DNA of 64,000 bases from an uncultured Erysipelotrichaceae bacterium (GTDB taxonomy: Bacteria; Bacillota_I; Bacilli_A; Erysipelotrichales; Erysipelotrichaceae): contig CADBEA010000007.1 in the NCBI GenBank assembly GCA_902793635.1, positions 3,018 through 67,017 of the forward strand. Reading direction: 5' to 3'. The notes beneath the pieces were generated by a model. The model saw only the letters and a program-made list of their open reading frames with translations. It was not told the DNA's origin and searched no databases. The stretch's first letter is position 1, and every line of letters starts with the position of its first letter. Shown piece by piece: positions 20,131-29,608 of the stretch. The position numbers and the translations under genes were made by a program.

Positions 20131-21072
20131 ATGGCAAAGAAAAAGAAACATACATTACTGAAAGTGGCCTCTGCTGCGACAGTGACAGCGGCGGCTGCTT
20201 ACGGCGGAGCTAGTTACTTTGTTTTCCGCAATGCTTTTGATACGGCAAATTCAGCATATCTCAATAATGCTGACCTGGATGTGCCGCTCGATGAAGAGAA
20301 GGCAGCCTGGTTTGAACACAGCGACAAGGAAGATGAATTCATCGATTCCTTCGACGGTCTGAAACTTCATGCCCTGAAGATATGCAATCATCCGGATGTG
20401 AAGAAATGGGCCATTCTGCTTCATGGTGTCGGCAGTCAGGCAAGAGCGATGCTGCCGGTATTATGGGAATTTGATCACCGCGGCTTCAATGTGCTGGCTC
20501 CCGATCTGCGCGGCTTCGGCATGAGCGAAGGAAAGTATTCCACACTTGGCTGGCTGGAACATTATGATCTGATCAACTGGATCAATTATCTGATCGGTGA
20601 AGTGCCGGATGCTGAGATCGTTCTCTATGGTATGAACCTCGGCGCGGCAGCTGTGATCAACGCGGCTGGCGACTATATCCCGCCGCAGGTGAAATGTGCT
20701 GTTGAAGACGGTTCATGGGCAGGCATGCAGGAAATCATTCTGCATATGATCCGCATGGATCTGAACCTTGACGGCCGTCTCGTGCTGCCGGGTGTCGATC
20801 TGCTGGCCAAGAATATTCTTCACTTCGCGGTGCGTGACATTGACATGCACAGACAGTTGAAGCAGGCTTCCGTACCAATGCTGTTCACCCATGGCGAGCA
20901 GGATGTGATTGTACCTGCAAGTATGCTGTTTGACTGCTATTACGCATGCGCTTCCGAAAAGGATCTTTACGTAGACAATGCCGCCGGCTTCAATGAAACC
21001 GTGCGGACACCGGAATACTGGAACGCGGTATTCGGATTTACAGGCAAATATATCAGCGAAAGCGAAGACTGA
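20131..21072 (+). CDS. Membrane-anchored alpha/beta-hydrolase fold protein, probably catalytically degenerate
   Basis: ILLHG, PDLRGFGMSEG, GWLEHYDLINWI, THGEQDVIVP; nucleophile elbow reads GMNLG. Confidence 0.85.
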   Translation: MAKKKKHTLLKVASAATVTAAAAYGGASYFVFRNAFDTANSAYLNNADLDVPLDEEKAAWFEHSDKEDEFIDSFDGLKLHALKICNHPDVKKWAILLHGVGSQARAMLPVLWEFDHRGFNVLAPDLRGFGMSEGKYSTLGWLEHYDLINWINYLIGEVPDAEIVLYGMNLGAAAVINAAGDYIPPQVKCAVEDGSWAGMQEIILHMIRMDLNLDGRLVLPGVDLLAKNILHFAVRDIDMHRQLKQASVPMLFTHGEQDVIVPASMLFDCYYACASEKDLYVDNAAGFNETVRTPEYWNAVFGFTGKYISESED

Positions 21073-21100
21073 CGGTGTTGAAACAAACACCGTCTTTTTT
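21070..21100 (+). terminator. Intrinsic terminator
   Basis: GACGGTGTT-GAAACA-AACACCGTC-TTTTTT. Confidence 0.8.
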
Positions 21101-21229
21101 TGTCACCGCATAAATATGCGCGCATGATTTTTTATCGTTTCGGCGGTGTTTTTTGACGAATTATCAAGCCACTGAACCTTGTTTAATAAATGTCTGTGAT
21201 TTATAATTTTTTTAGATAAGGGAGGCAAT

Positions 21230-24061
21230 ATGGCTACTAAAAAGTATGTCTACAAGTTTACCGAAGGCAACGGTACCATGCGCGAACTCCTCGGCGGTAA
21301 GGGTGCAAACCTGGCCGAGATGGCAAGCCTGGATCTGCCGGTGCCAATGGGCTTCACGATCACTACCGAAGCATGCAATCAGTACTATGCTGACGGTGAG
21401 AGGATCAATGAAGAGATCATGTCACAGGTTCAGAAAAACCTGACATGGCTCGAAAAATTCATGGGAAAGAAACTCGGCGACCCGAAGAATCCTCTTCTGG
21501 TTTCTGTTCGTTCCGGTGCCAGAGCATCCATGCCTGGTATGATGGACACAATTCTCAACCTTGGTATCAATGACGAAGTTGCGGAAGCAATGGCTGAAGC
21601 TTCCAACAACCCGAGATTCGTTTATGACTCCTACAGACGTTTCGTCCAGATGTTCTCTGACGTAGTCATGGGTCTGTCCAAGAAGAGATTTGAAGTCATT
21701 ATCGACGAACTGAAAGAAGAAAAGGGCGTCAAACTCGATGTCGAACTCGATGCTGACGACATGAAGACCCTGACCAAGAAGTTCAAGGAATTCTACAAAG
21801 CCGAAAAGGGCGAAGAATTCCCGCAGGATCCGACCGTTCAGCTCGAGCGTGCGATTGAAGCAGTCTTCCGTTCCTGGAATAACGAACGTGCCATCTTCTA
21901 TCGTAAGATGAACGATATTCCGAGTGACTGGGGTACCGCTGTAAACGTACAGTCCATGGTATTCGGCAACATGGGTACCGACTGTGCAACCGGTGTCTGC
22001 TTCACACGTAACCCGTCCACAGGTTCCAATGCTTACTTCTATGGTGAGTATCTGATCAATGCCCAGGGTGAAGACGTTGTTGCCGGTGTGCGCACACCGC
22101 AGCAGATCTCCAAGAAGGGCTCTCAGGAATGGGCAAAAGGCATGGGCATCTCTGAGAAGGAAAGAAAAGAAAAGTATCCGTCTCTGGAAGAAAGCATGCC
22201 GGAAACCTTCAAGGACCTCGATGATGTCCGTAAGAAGCTGGAAGCTCATTACCATGACATGCAGGATATGGAATTCACGATCCAGGACAAGCGTCTGTTC
22301 ATGTTACAGACACGTAACGGCAAACGTACCGCTGCTGCAGCTCTGAAAGTTGCCGTTGACATGGTCGCTGAAGGTCTCGTATCCGAAGACGAAGCACTGA
22401 TGATGGTTGAACCGAAACAGCTCGACGACCTGCTCCATCCGACATTCGATGCCGCTGCTCTGAAAGCGAAGCAGTCTGACATTATTGCCAAGGGTCTGGC
22501 AGCTTCTCCGGGTGCCGGCTCCGGTCAGGTTGTATTCACAGCCACCGATGCCAAGGCATGGGCAGAAGAAGGCAAGAAAGTCGTTCTGGTACGTCTCGAG
22601 ACTTCTCCGGAAGATATCGAAGGTATGCATGTATCTCAGGCAATCGTTACTGTCCGCGGCGGCATGACCAGCCACGCTGCAGTCGTTGCCCGTGGTATGG
22701 GTGCCTGCTGTGTCTCCGGCTGCGGCGACATCTCCGTCAGCGAAGAGAAGAGACAGTTCACTGTCAATGGTGAAACATTTAAAGAAGGCGATGTCATTTC
22801 TGTCGACGGCACAACTGGCTGCGTATACAGAGGTGAAATCCCGACCGTTCCGGCTACGATTTCCGGTAACTTCAAGAAGTTCATGGACTGGGCAGATGCC
22901 CGCCGCACTCTGAAGATCCGCACCAATGCCGATACACCGGCTGATGCTGCGCGCGCAGTTGAATTCGGTGCAGAAGGTGTCGGTCTGGTCCGTACAGAGC
23001 ACATGTTCTTCAATACTCCGGAACGTATCAAGGCTATCCGTATGCTGTGCGTATCACGCAACAGCGAACAGCGTGCCAAGGCACTTGCTGAACTTGAACC
23101 GTATCAGCAGGAAGACTTCTATGGTATTTTCGAAGCCATGAAGGGCCGCAGTGTCACGATCCGTCTGCTGGATCCGCCTCTGCATGAATTCCTGCCGAAC
23201 CTGGAAACAGCTGAAGGCAAAGCCGCTGCCAAGGAAATCGCCAAAGATCTTGGCATCACTCTCAAGGACATTGCCCAGGCTGCTGCTGAACTCCATGAGT
23301 TCAACCCGATGATGGGTCACCGTGGCTGCCGTCTGGATGTTACCTATCCGGAAATCGGCGCTATGCAGGCCCGTGCGATTATCAACGCAGCGATTGATAT
23401 CAACAAGAAGCATCGTAACTGGAAGCTCGTTCCGGAAATCATGATTCCGCTGGTTGGCGAGCCGAAAGAACTTGAGTATGTAGCAAATATCGTTAAGGCA
23501 GAAGCTGACAAAGTCATCGCTGAAAGAAAAGCAAAGCTGGAATACAAGGTCGGTACAATGATCGAAATTCCGCGTGCTGCTCTGCTGTCCGGTGAAATTG
23601 CCAAGACTGCTGAATTCTATTCCTTTGGTACAAATGACCTCACTCAGATGACATTCGGTTTCTCGAGAGACGATGCCGGCAAGTTCCTGGGTGACTACTA
23701 TGACAAGCACATCTATGAAAACGATCCGTTCGCACACGTCGACGTAGCCGGCGTTGGCCAGCTGATCAAGATGGCTGTAGCTGCCGGTAAGGCAACCCGT
23801 CCGGACATCCACCTCGGTGTCTGCGGCGAGCACGGCGGCGATCCGGCTTCCATTGAGTTCTTCAATGAAGTTGGTCTGAACTATGTTTCCTGCTCACCGT
23901 ATCGTGTTCCGATCGCACGTCTGGCTGCTGCTCAGGCTGCTATCAAACTCGACCGCAAGAACGGTGTTGCAGCTAAGGTTGTTAAGAAGGTACAGGCAAA
24001 GAAAACTGCTGTTAAAAAAGCAGCTGCCAAGAAGACAGCTAAAAAAGCTGCCAAGAAATAA
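21230..24061 (+). CDS. ppdK: Pyruvate, phosphate dikinase
   Basis: LLGGKGANLAEM, SVRSGARASMPGMMDTILNLG, RGGMTSHAAVVARG (phospho-His), GVGLVRTEHMF, GVCGEHGGDP. Confidence 0.98.
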   Translation: MATKKYVYKFTEGNGTMRELLGGKGANLAEMASLDLPVPMGFTITTEACNQYYADGERINEEIMSQVQKNLTWLEKFMGKKLGDPKNPLLVSVRSGARASMPGMMDTILNLGINDEVAEAMAEASNNPRFVYDSYRRFVQMFSDVVMGLSKKRFEVIIDELKEEKGVKLDVELDADDMKTLTKKFKEFYKAEKGEEFPQDPTVQLERAIEAVFRSWNNERAIFYRKMNDIPSDWGTAVNVQSMVFGNMGTDCATGVCFTRNPSTGSNAYFYGEYLINAQGEDVVAGVRTPQQISKKGSQEWAKGMGISEKERKEKYPSLEESMPETFKDLDDVRKKLEAHYHDMQDMEFTIQDKRLFMLQTRNGKRTAAAALKVAVDMVAEGLVSEDEALMMVEPKQLDDLLHPTFDAAALKAKQSDIIAKGLAASPGAGSGQVVFTATDAKAWAEEGKKVVLVRLETSPEDIEGMHVSQAIVTVRGGMTSHAAVVARGMGACCVSGCGDISVSEEKRQFTVNGETFKEGDVISVDGTTGCVYRGEIPTVPATISGNFKKFMDWADARRTLKIRTNADTPADAARAVEFGAEGVGLVRTEHMFFNTPERIKAIRMLCVSRNSEQRAKALAELEPYQQEDFYGIFEAMKGRSVTIRLLDPPLHEFLPNLETAEGKAAAKEIAKDLGITLKDIAQAAAELHEFNPMMGHRGCRLDVTYPEIGAMQARAIINAAIDINKKHRNWKLVPEIMIPLVGEPKELEYVANIVKAEADKVIAERKAKLEYKVGTMIEIPRAALLSGEIAKTAEFYSFGTNDLTQMTFGFSRDDAGKFLGDYYDKHIYENDPFAHVDVAGVGQLIKMAVAAGKATRPDIHLGVCGEHGGDPASIEFFNEVGLNYVSCSPYRVPIARLAAAQAAIKLDRKNGVAAKVVKKVQAKKTAVKKAAAKKTAKKAAKK

Positions 24062-24068
24062 TCTTTAC

Positions 24069-24195
24069 TGATTGCTGGGGAGCAAATCAAAAAAATCCGG
24101 CGGACAGGTAAAAGCATTCAGGCTGTTAAAGCCAGACATCCTGAAATGACTTACCTCCGGAAACAAAGATTAAGCCATATTTGTTTCATAAATCA
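24069..24195 (+). ncRNA. Candidate rod-shaped structured RNA (6S-like architecture)
   Basis: Hand-folded nested stems with a central A-rich bubble, followed by a terminator; see findings. Confidence 0.4.
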
Positions 24196-24198
24196 TTC

Positions 24199-24228
24199 AG
24201 AAGGCTGTCCTCATATGGACAGCCTTTT
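24199..24228 (+). terminator. Intrinsic terminator downstream of ppdK and the RNA candidate
   Basis: AAGGCTGTCC-TCATAT-GGACAGCCTT-TT. Confidence 0.85.
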
Positions 24229-24300
24229 GTCATGAAGCGGCATGAAAGGGTTTAACATCGCGAAATACACGTTAAAAACAGGCTTTTTTCGCATTTTCAC

Positions 24301-24329
24301 TTGCAGGAGAGCGGTAAATTTAATATACT
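24301..24329 (+). promoter_or_regulatory. sigmaA promoter of the rimP-nusA-infB operon
   Basis: TTGCAG-17 nt-TATACT. Confidence 0.65.
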
Positions 24330-24349
24330 TTCTACGTAGTTAACAACAG

Positions 24350-24367
24350 GGAGTGCGAAAGCACTCC
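24350..24367 (+). promoter_or_regulatory. rimP leader hairpin with GNRA loop
   Basis: GGAGTGC-GAAA-GCACTCC just upstream of the rimP RBS. Confidence 0.6.
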
Positions 24368-24388
24368 TTCTGTTATGTCTGGAGGAAT

Positions 24389-24853
24389 ATGGATAGACTT
24401 GAGAAGCTGAAAGAGCTGTTCGAACCAGTATTCGCGGAATCTGATGTTGTTCTTTATGAAATGAAATGGATCAATGACAGAGAACACACACTGCAGATCT
24501 CCATTATGAAGAAAGACGGATCCATGGATCTTGACACCTGCGCGGATGTCAGCGAAAAGATCAGTGAGATCCTGGATCGTGAGGATCCGATTCCGGAAGA
24601 GTATACCCTTGAAGTATGCAGCCCGGGTGCTGAGAGAGAAATCAGGGATCTGAACGAACTTCTGAATATGACTGGTTCGTATGTATATCTGCGGCTGAGC
24701 AGACCGTTCAAGAAGATGGTTGAACTGACCGGTGAGATCAGTGATACATCTGGCGGTCTGATCCGTCTGCAATACCGGGATAAAGCAGTGACGAGAACTG
24801 CCGAGATCCCGCTTGAAGATGTTGAGTTTGCCAGAATGGCAGTGAAGTTATAA
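24389..24853 (+). CDS. rimP: Ribosome maturation factor RimP
   Basis: LQISIMKKDGSMDLDTCADVSEKISEILD, YTLEVCSPGAER; first gene of the nusA operon. Confidence 0.93.
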   Translation: MDRLEKLKELFEPVFAESDVVLYEMKWINDREHTLQISIMKKDGSMDLDTCADVSEKISEILDREDPIPEEYTLEVCSPGAEREIRDLNELLNMTGSYVYLRLSRPFKKMVELTGEISDTSGGLIRLQYRDKAVTRTAEIPLEDVEFARMAVKL

Positions 24854-24866
24854 GGAGACAATTTTC

Positions 24867-26660
24867 ATGGAACTCAAATACAAGGATATGATCAAGGCAC
24901 TGAATGCTGTTGAGGAGGAAAGAAACATTCCTGCCGATGTCATTCTCGATGCCTTAAAGGAAGCAATGGCCAAGGCCTACAAAAAGGACGCGGAATTGTC
25001 TGATATCGATGTCGTCGCTGAGATCAATGAGAAAAAGCAGACGATCGATCTTTTCCAGAAGTACACAGTCGTCGAAGAAGTGGAAGACGACGAACTGGAA
25101 ATCTCACTGGAAGATGCCCGGGAAATCAAAGCCGACGCTGAACTGGGTGATGTGATCAGCCGGCAGATCGAAATCACCGGCATGAGCAGAGCCGCTGCCA
25201 CACTGGCGAAAAACGTCATGCGTCAGAAGATCCGCGAAGCTGAGAAAGTCGCTGTCTACAACGAATATATCGATCAGCTCCATGAGATGGTTCTCGGTAT
25301 TGTCGAGTCCGTTAAGGAAAAGTTCACACTCGTCAACCTTGGCAAGACAGTTGCCATGATGCCGCATTCTTCCGCCATTCCGGGTGAACGCCTCGTGGAA
25401 GGCCAGAAGCTGCGCGTCGTGATCACCGAAGTCAATAAAGAGACAAAAGGTTCCCAGGTGCTTGTTTCCCGTGCTGATGCGACACTCGTGAAGCGTCTGT
25501 TCGAAAAGGAAGTACCGGAAATCTTCCAGGGTATCGTCGAGATCAAGGCGATTGCCCGTGATGCCGGTGAACGTACCAAGATGGCTGTATATTCCCACAA
25601 TCCGGAAGTTGATCCGATCGGTGCCTGCATCGGTCCGCGCGGCAGCCGTGTCATGGGAATCATCGAAGAACTGCATGGTGAGAAAATCGATATTTTCCAG
25701 TGGAGTGACGATATTACCGAACTCGTGAAGAACGCCCTGGCACCGGCTGAAGTCACAGCTGTGCTGCCAAGTCCGGAAGACAACGAGAAAGGTCTGCTGG
25801 TCGTCGTTGAACCGGATCAGCTGTCCCTGGCCATCGGCAAACGCGGCAAGAACGCCCGTCTGGCTGTCAAACTGACAAACCACAAGATCGACATCAAGAC
25901 CCGTGAAGAAATCGAAGAAAAGGGTTATGACTACGACGAACTGCTCGTCAAGGCTCAGGAACGCCGTGAAGAAATGCGCCGTGAAGCTGCCCGCCGTGAA
26001 ATCGAACGTCTGGAAGCTGAAGCACGTGCCGCTGAAGAGAAGCGTCTGGCTGCCGCTGCCAAGCTGGCTGCTGAAAGAGCTGCCCGTGGTGAGGAAGAGA
26101 CTGAGGAAGAGGATCTGATTCCGGAAGAAATGCAGGAAATCATGCGTGACCGTATCCGTGACGAAATCGCCATGAAGCCGGAAGACGCGGAAGAAAGCAG
26201 CGAAGAAACACCGGCTGTCGAAACTTCTGCTGTAACGGAAACACCAACAGAAGAAACCGAACCGGAAGAAGTGGAAGAAGCAGAAGAACCCCAGGAAGAA
26301 GAAAAGGAAGAAACCGTCAGCGAAAAGCCGGCTGCTTCCAAACGTCATGCCGACCTGGAGGAAATGGCTGCCAAGAATACCTACGTATCTGTCTTTGAAA
26401 AACTGACAGAAACATCCAAGCCGAAACAGTCTGACCGTCCGAAGCGCAAGAAGAAAAAGTCCGACGAAGACGAATACAAAGTCCGTAACAAGGATCTGGA
26501 AGAACAGATCAAGAAGAATCTCGCGGCTGTTGACAACCGTCCGATCTACAGCGAAGAAGAACTTGCTGAAATCGAAGCTGCCCAGCTCGAGGAAGAAGAA
26601 CGTGAGTATGACTTCGACTATGATGAGTACGAAGACTACTACGATGAGGACAATAACTGA
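24867..26660 (+). CDS. nusA: Transcription termination/antitermination factor NusA with long acidic C-terminal extension
   Basis: S1 and KH domains, FEKEVPEI, ARDAGERTKMAV, GACIGPRG, AIGKRGKNARLA. Confidence 0.97.
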   Translation: MELKYKDMIKALNAVEEERNIPADVILDALKEAMAKAYKKDAELSDIDVVAEINEKKQTIDLFQKYTVVEEVEDDELEISLEDAREIKADAELGDVISRQIEITGMSRAAATLAKNVMRQKIREAEKVAVYNEYIDQLHEMVLGIVESVKEKFTLVNLGKTVAMMPHSSAIPGERLVEGQKLRVVITEVNKETKGSQVLVSRADATLVKRLFEKEVPEIFQGIVEIKAIARDAGERTKMAVYSHNPEVDPIGACIGPRGSRVMGIIEELHGEKIDIFQWSDDITELVKNALAPAEVTAVLPSPEDNEKGLLVVVEPDQLSLAIGKRGKNARLAVKLTNHKIDIKTREEIEEKGYDYDELLVKAQERREEMRREAARREIERLEAEARAAEEKRLAAAAKLAAERAARGEEETEEEDLIPEEMQEIMRDRIRDEIAMKPEDAEESSEETPAVETSAVTETPTEETEPEEVEEAEEPQEEEKEETVSEKPAASKRHADLEEMAAKNTYVSVFEKLTETSKPKQSDRPKRKKKKSDEDEYKVRNKDLEEQIKKNLAAVDNRPIYSEEELAEIEAAQLEEEEREYDFDYDEYEDYYDEDNN

Positions 26661-26662
26661 TC

Positions 26663-26923
26663 ATGCCTCGTAAGATTCCAATGCGGAAGTGTATCGCCAC
26701 CGGCGAGCACTTCCCCAAAAAAGAACTTCTGCGGGTCGTCAGAACACCGGAAGGTGAACTGAAGATCGACACCACCGGCCGTACAAACGGTCATGGTGCC
26801 TATCTGAAAAAAGATCCGGAAGCTGTAAAGCTGGCCCGTAAGAAAGGTTCTCTGAAACAGGCGCTTGAGATGAATATTCCCGATGAATTCTGGGAAGAAA
26901 TAGAAAAGGCTGTTATGAAATAA
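26663..26923 (+). CDS. ylxR: YlxR/RnpM (DUF448) RNA-binding protein
   Basis: PMRKCIATGEHFPKKELLRVV, GHGAYL. Confidence 0.92.
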   Translation: MPRKIPMRKCIATGEHFPKKELLRVVRTPEGELKIDTTGRTNGHGAYLKKDPEAVKLARKKGSLKQALEMNIPDEFWEEIEKAVMK

Positions 26924-26946
26924 ACTGAAAAACAAGGAGGTAGCGA

Positions 26947-28806
26947 ATGGCAAATAACCGAAGACCGGCAAACAAGAATAACCGTAAAAAGAAGAATGAT
27001 AACCGCGGCAGACGGAATTACGAGCAGAGCGCTCCGCGCCGCAATGTCGTTGACATTCATGCCATTACTTATACTGACGGTATCACCGTCGGCGAACTGG
27101 CGGAAAAAATCGGCCGTCAGTCCAGTGAAATCATCAAGATGCTGTTTATGGAAGGCAAAATGGTCACCATCAACAGTGCTCTGGAAGACGAAATGGTCGA
27201 ACTCGTATGCATCAGCTACGATATCGAACCGACAAAAGTAAAAGAACGTGAAGAAGACAGCCTGGAAGTCGAAGAGACTGCTGACGCTTCACTTCTGCAG
27301 GAACGTCCGCCGGTCGTTACGATCATGGGTCACGTTGACCATGGTAAAACGACTCTGCTGGACACGATCCGCCGTACCAAGGTGGCAGCCGGAGAAGCCG
27401 GCGGCATCACCCAGGCGATCGGTGCTTATCAGGTCGAAGTTTCCGGCCGCAAGGTAACCTTTCTTGACACACCGGGTCACGAAGCATTCACAGCCATGCG
27501 TGCCCGCGGTGCCAGTGTTACTGATATCGCAGTTATCGTTGTCGCGGCAGACGACGGTGTCATGCCGCAGACAAGAGAAGCGGTAGACCATGCCAAGGCA
27601 GCTGGTGTTCCGATCATCGTCGCTGTCAACAAGATGGACCGTCCGGATGCCAATCCTGATCACGTCAAGCAGGAGATGGCTGACCTCGGCATCATGCCGG
27701 AAGAATGGGGCGGCGATACGATCTTCGTACCGACCAGTGCCAAAAAGGGCGAAGGTATCGAAGAACTGCTTGAAACCATCCTGACAGTCGCAGACGTCAA
27801 GGAACTGAAAGCAGACCCGACAGCAATTGCCAGCGGCTCCGTCATCGAAGCCAAGCTGGACAAAGGCCGCGGTCCGGTAGCGACACTGCTGGTGCAGAAC
27901 GGCACGCTGCGTCAAGGTGATCCGGTCGTTGTTGGAACATGTTTCGGCAAAGTCCGTAAGATGATCGACGAAAACGGTCATGAACTGAAGGAAGCAGGCC
28001 CGGCTGCACCAGTGGAAATCATCGGTCTGAACGATGTGCCAGCTGCCGGTGATCTGTTCCGTAACTTCACGGATGAAAAAGAAGCCCGTGCGATCGCTGA
28101 CCGCCGTAAGCGACGCAAGATCGAAGCTGACCGCCGCAAGACAAGCGCGATGTCACTGGAAGATCTGTCCTCACAGATCGAATCCGGCGAAATCAAGGAA
28201 ATCCCGATCATCATCAAAGCAGATGTTCAGGGTTCCGCGGAAGCCGTCCGTTCCTCCATGGAGAAACTGGATGTCAGCGGCGTCAAGGTCAATGTCATCC
28301 ACGCCACAGCCGGTGCCATTACCGAATCCGATATCATGCTGGCGAATGCGTCCAAGGCAATGATCATCGGCTTCAACGTCAGACCGGATGCGACGATCCG
28401 TAAGAAGGCGGAAGAAGACGGTGTTGAGATCCGTCTCCACAACATTATCTACAAAGCCACCGAGGAAATGGAACTGGCGATGAAGGGTATGCTTGAGCCG
28501 GTTTATGAAGAAGTTGTCATCGGTCAGGCTGAAGTACGCGAAACATATAAAGCTTCCAAGATCGGTACGATCGGCGGCTGTATGGTCACCGACGGCAAGC
28601 TGACCAACAGCTGCGGTGTCCGTCTGATCCGTGACGGTATCGTTGTCTACACCGGCAAGCTCGGTTCCCTGAAGCGTTTCAAGGACGATGCAAGAGAAGT
28701 CCTCGCCGGCTATGACTGCGGTATTACGATCCAGAATTACAACGACATCAAGATCGGCGATCTCATCGAAGCATTTGAAGAACAGCAGGTTCCTTCTGAG
28801 GTCTGA
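26947..28806 (+). CDS. infB: Translation initiation factor IF-2
   Basis: [37 protein letters not shown]. Confidence 0.98.
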   Translation: MANNRRPANKNNRKKKNDNRGRRNYEQSAPRRNVVDIHAITYTDGITVGELAEKIGRQSSEIIKMLFMEGKMVTINSALEDEMVELVCISYDIEPTKVKEREEDSLEVEETADASLLQERPPVVTIMGHVDHGKTTLLDTIRRTKVAAGEAGGITQAIGAYQVEVSGRKVTFLDTPGHEAFTAMRARGASVTDIAVIVVAADDGVMPQTREAVDHAKAAGVPIIVAVNKMDRPDANPDHVKQEMADLGIMPEEWGGDTIFVPTSAKKGEGIEELLETILTVADVKELKADPTAIASGSVIEAKLDKGRGPVATLLVQNGTLRQGDPVVVGTCFGKVRKMIDENGHELKEAGPAAPVEIIGLNDVPAAGDLFRNFTDEKEARAIADRRKRRKIEADRRKTSAMSLEDLSSQIESGEIKEIPIIIKADVQGSAEAVRSSMEKLDVSGVKVNVIHATAGAITESDIMLANASKAMIIGFNVRPDATIRKKAEEDGVEIRLHNIIYKATEEMELAMKGMLEPVYEEVVIGQAEVRETYKASKIGTIGGCMVTDGKLTNSCGVRLIRDGIVVYTGKLGSLKRFKDDAREVLAGYDCGITIQNYNDIKIGDLIEAFEEQQVPSEV

Positions 28807-28808
28807 TT

Positions 28809-29225
28809 ATGAGCAGCATCAAGCAGAAAAGACTGGAAGGGATCATCCGCAAGGATATTTCGGATATTATCCAGTTTGAGGTAAAAGACGCCGACGTAGG
28901 ATTTGTGACGATCACCGACGTGGAAGTGTCCAACGATCACTCCTATGCCAAGGTATACGTTTCCTTCCTCGGCAAAAACGCCAGAGCCCAGGCCGGACTC
29001 AAGGCACTCAACCGGGCCAAGGGTTTCATCCGTTCCGCACTGTCGCAGCGGCTTTCCATCCGCCGTACACCGGAACTGACATTCGTGCTTGATACAACGG
29101 AAGAACAGGGCCGACATATCGACGAGATCATCGCTTCCCTGCACGAAGATGAGACGGAAAGCGAAGCGCCGGAAGAAACAACAGAAGTAACAGAAGAAGA
29201 GACAGAAGAAGAGACAGATGCGTAA
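28809..29225 (+). CDS. rbfA: Ribosome-binding factor A
   Basis: EVKDADVGFVTITDVEVSND, AKGFIRS, RRTPELTF; acidic tail. Confidence 0.96.
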   Translation: MSSIKQKRLEGIIRKDISDIIQFEVKDADVGFVTITDVEVSNDHSYAKVYVSFLGKNARAQAGLKALNRAKGFIRSALSQRLSIRRTPELTFVLDTTEEQGRHIDEIIASLHEDETESEAPEETTEVTEEETEEETDA

Positions 29226-29292
29226 GCACTGCCTCTTTTTTTTCGGGATTTTACTTTCTGTAAGCAATAACAATGGTGAAGGGAGAAATGAT

Positions 29293-29595
29293 ATGAGAAC
29301 GATTTCCGTTGAACCCGGACAGCTTGAATCCTGTGCTGCCCGCATGGAAGACAAAAACCAGGATTATCTGCGCTGCATGCAGGATCTTTTCGCGGCGGTG
29401 GACATGATGTCGTCCGCCTGGAAAGGGAAGGACAATATGACATTCACTTCCCAGATCGGCAGATTTGAAACAGATTTCCGTCAGCTTTCGATCCTCTGTT
29501 CACAGTATTCTGACTTTCTCAGAAACAGTGCCAGAGCATACCGTGACACACAGGATGAACTGACATCCCAGGCAAACGCACTGGGAACGATGTAA
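29293..29595 (+). CDS. WXG100/ESAT-6 family protein (T7SS substrate)
   Basis: 100 aa from ATG 29293 (after GGGAG); ISVEPGQL N-terminus; central W-K-G. Confidence 0.88.
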   Translation: MRTISVEPGQLESCAARMEDKNQDYLRCMQDLFAAVDMMSSAWKGKDNMTFTSQIGRFETDFRQLSILCSQYSDFLRNSARAYRDTQDELTSQANALGTM

Positions 29596-29608
29596 AGGAG
29601 GAGGATAA

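Noticed and set aside
24066-24140. 24-aa minus-strand ORF (MSGFNSLNAFTCPPDFFDLLPSNQ) behind a GGAGGT
   Set aside because: RBS-to-ATG spacing is about 13 nt, no promoter is evident, and the sequence is better explained by the RNA hairpin
24275-24287. AAAA-N5-TTTT ComK AT-box upstream of rimP
   Set aside because: Single box only; functional K-boxes need a correctly spaced pair
29150-29222. Short tandem ACAGAAGAAGAG-type repeats at the end of rbfA
   Set aside because: They simply encode the low-complexity acidic tail; not a separate repeat element
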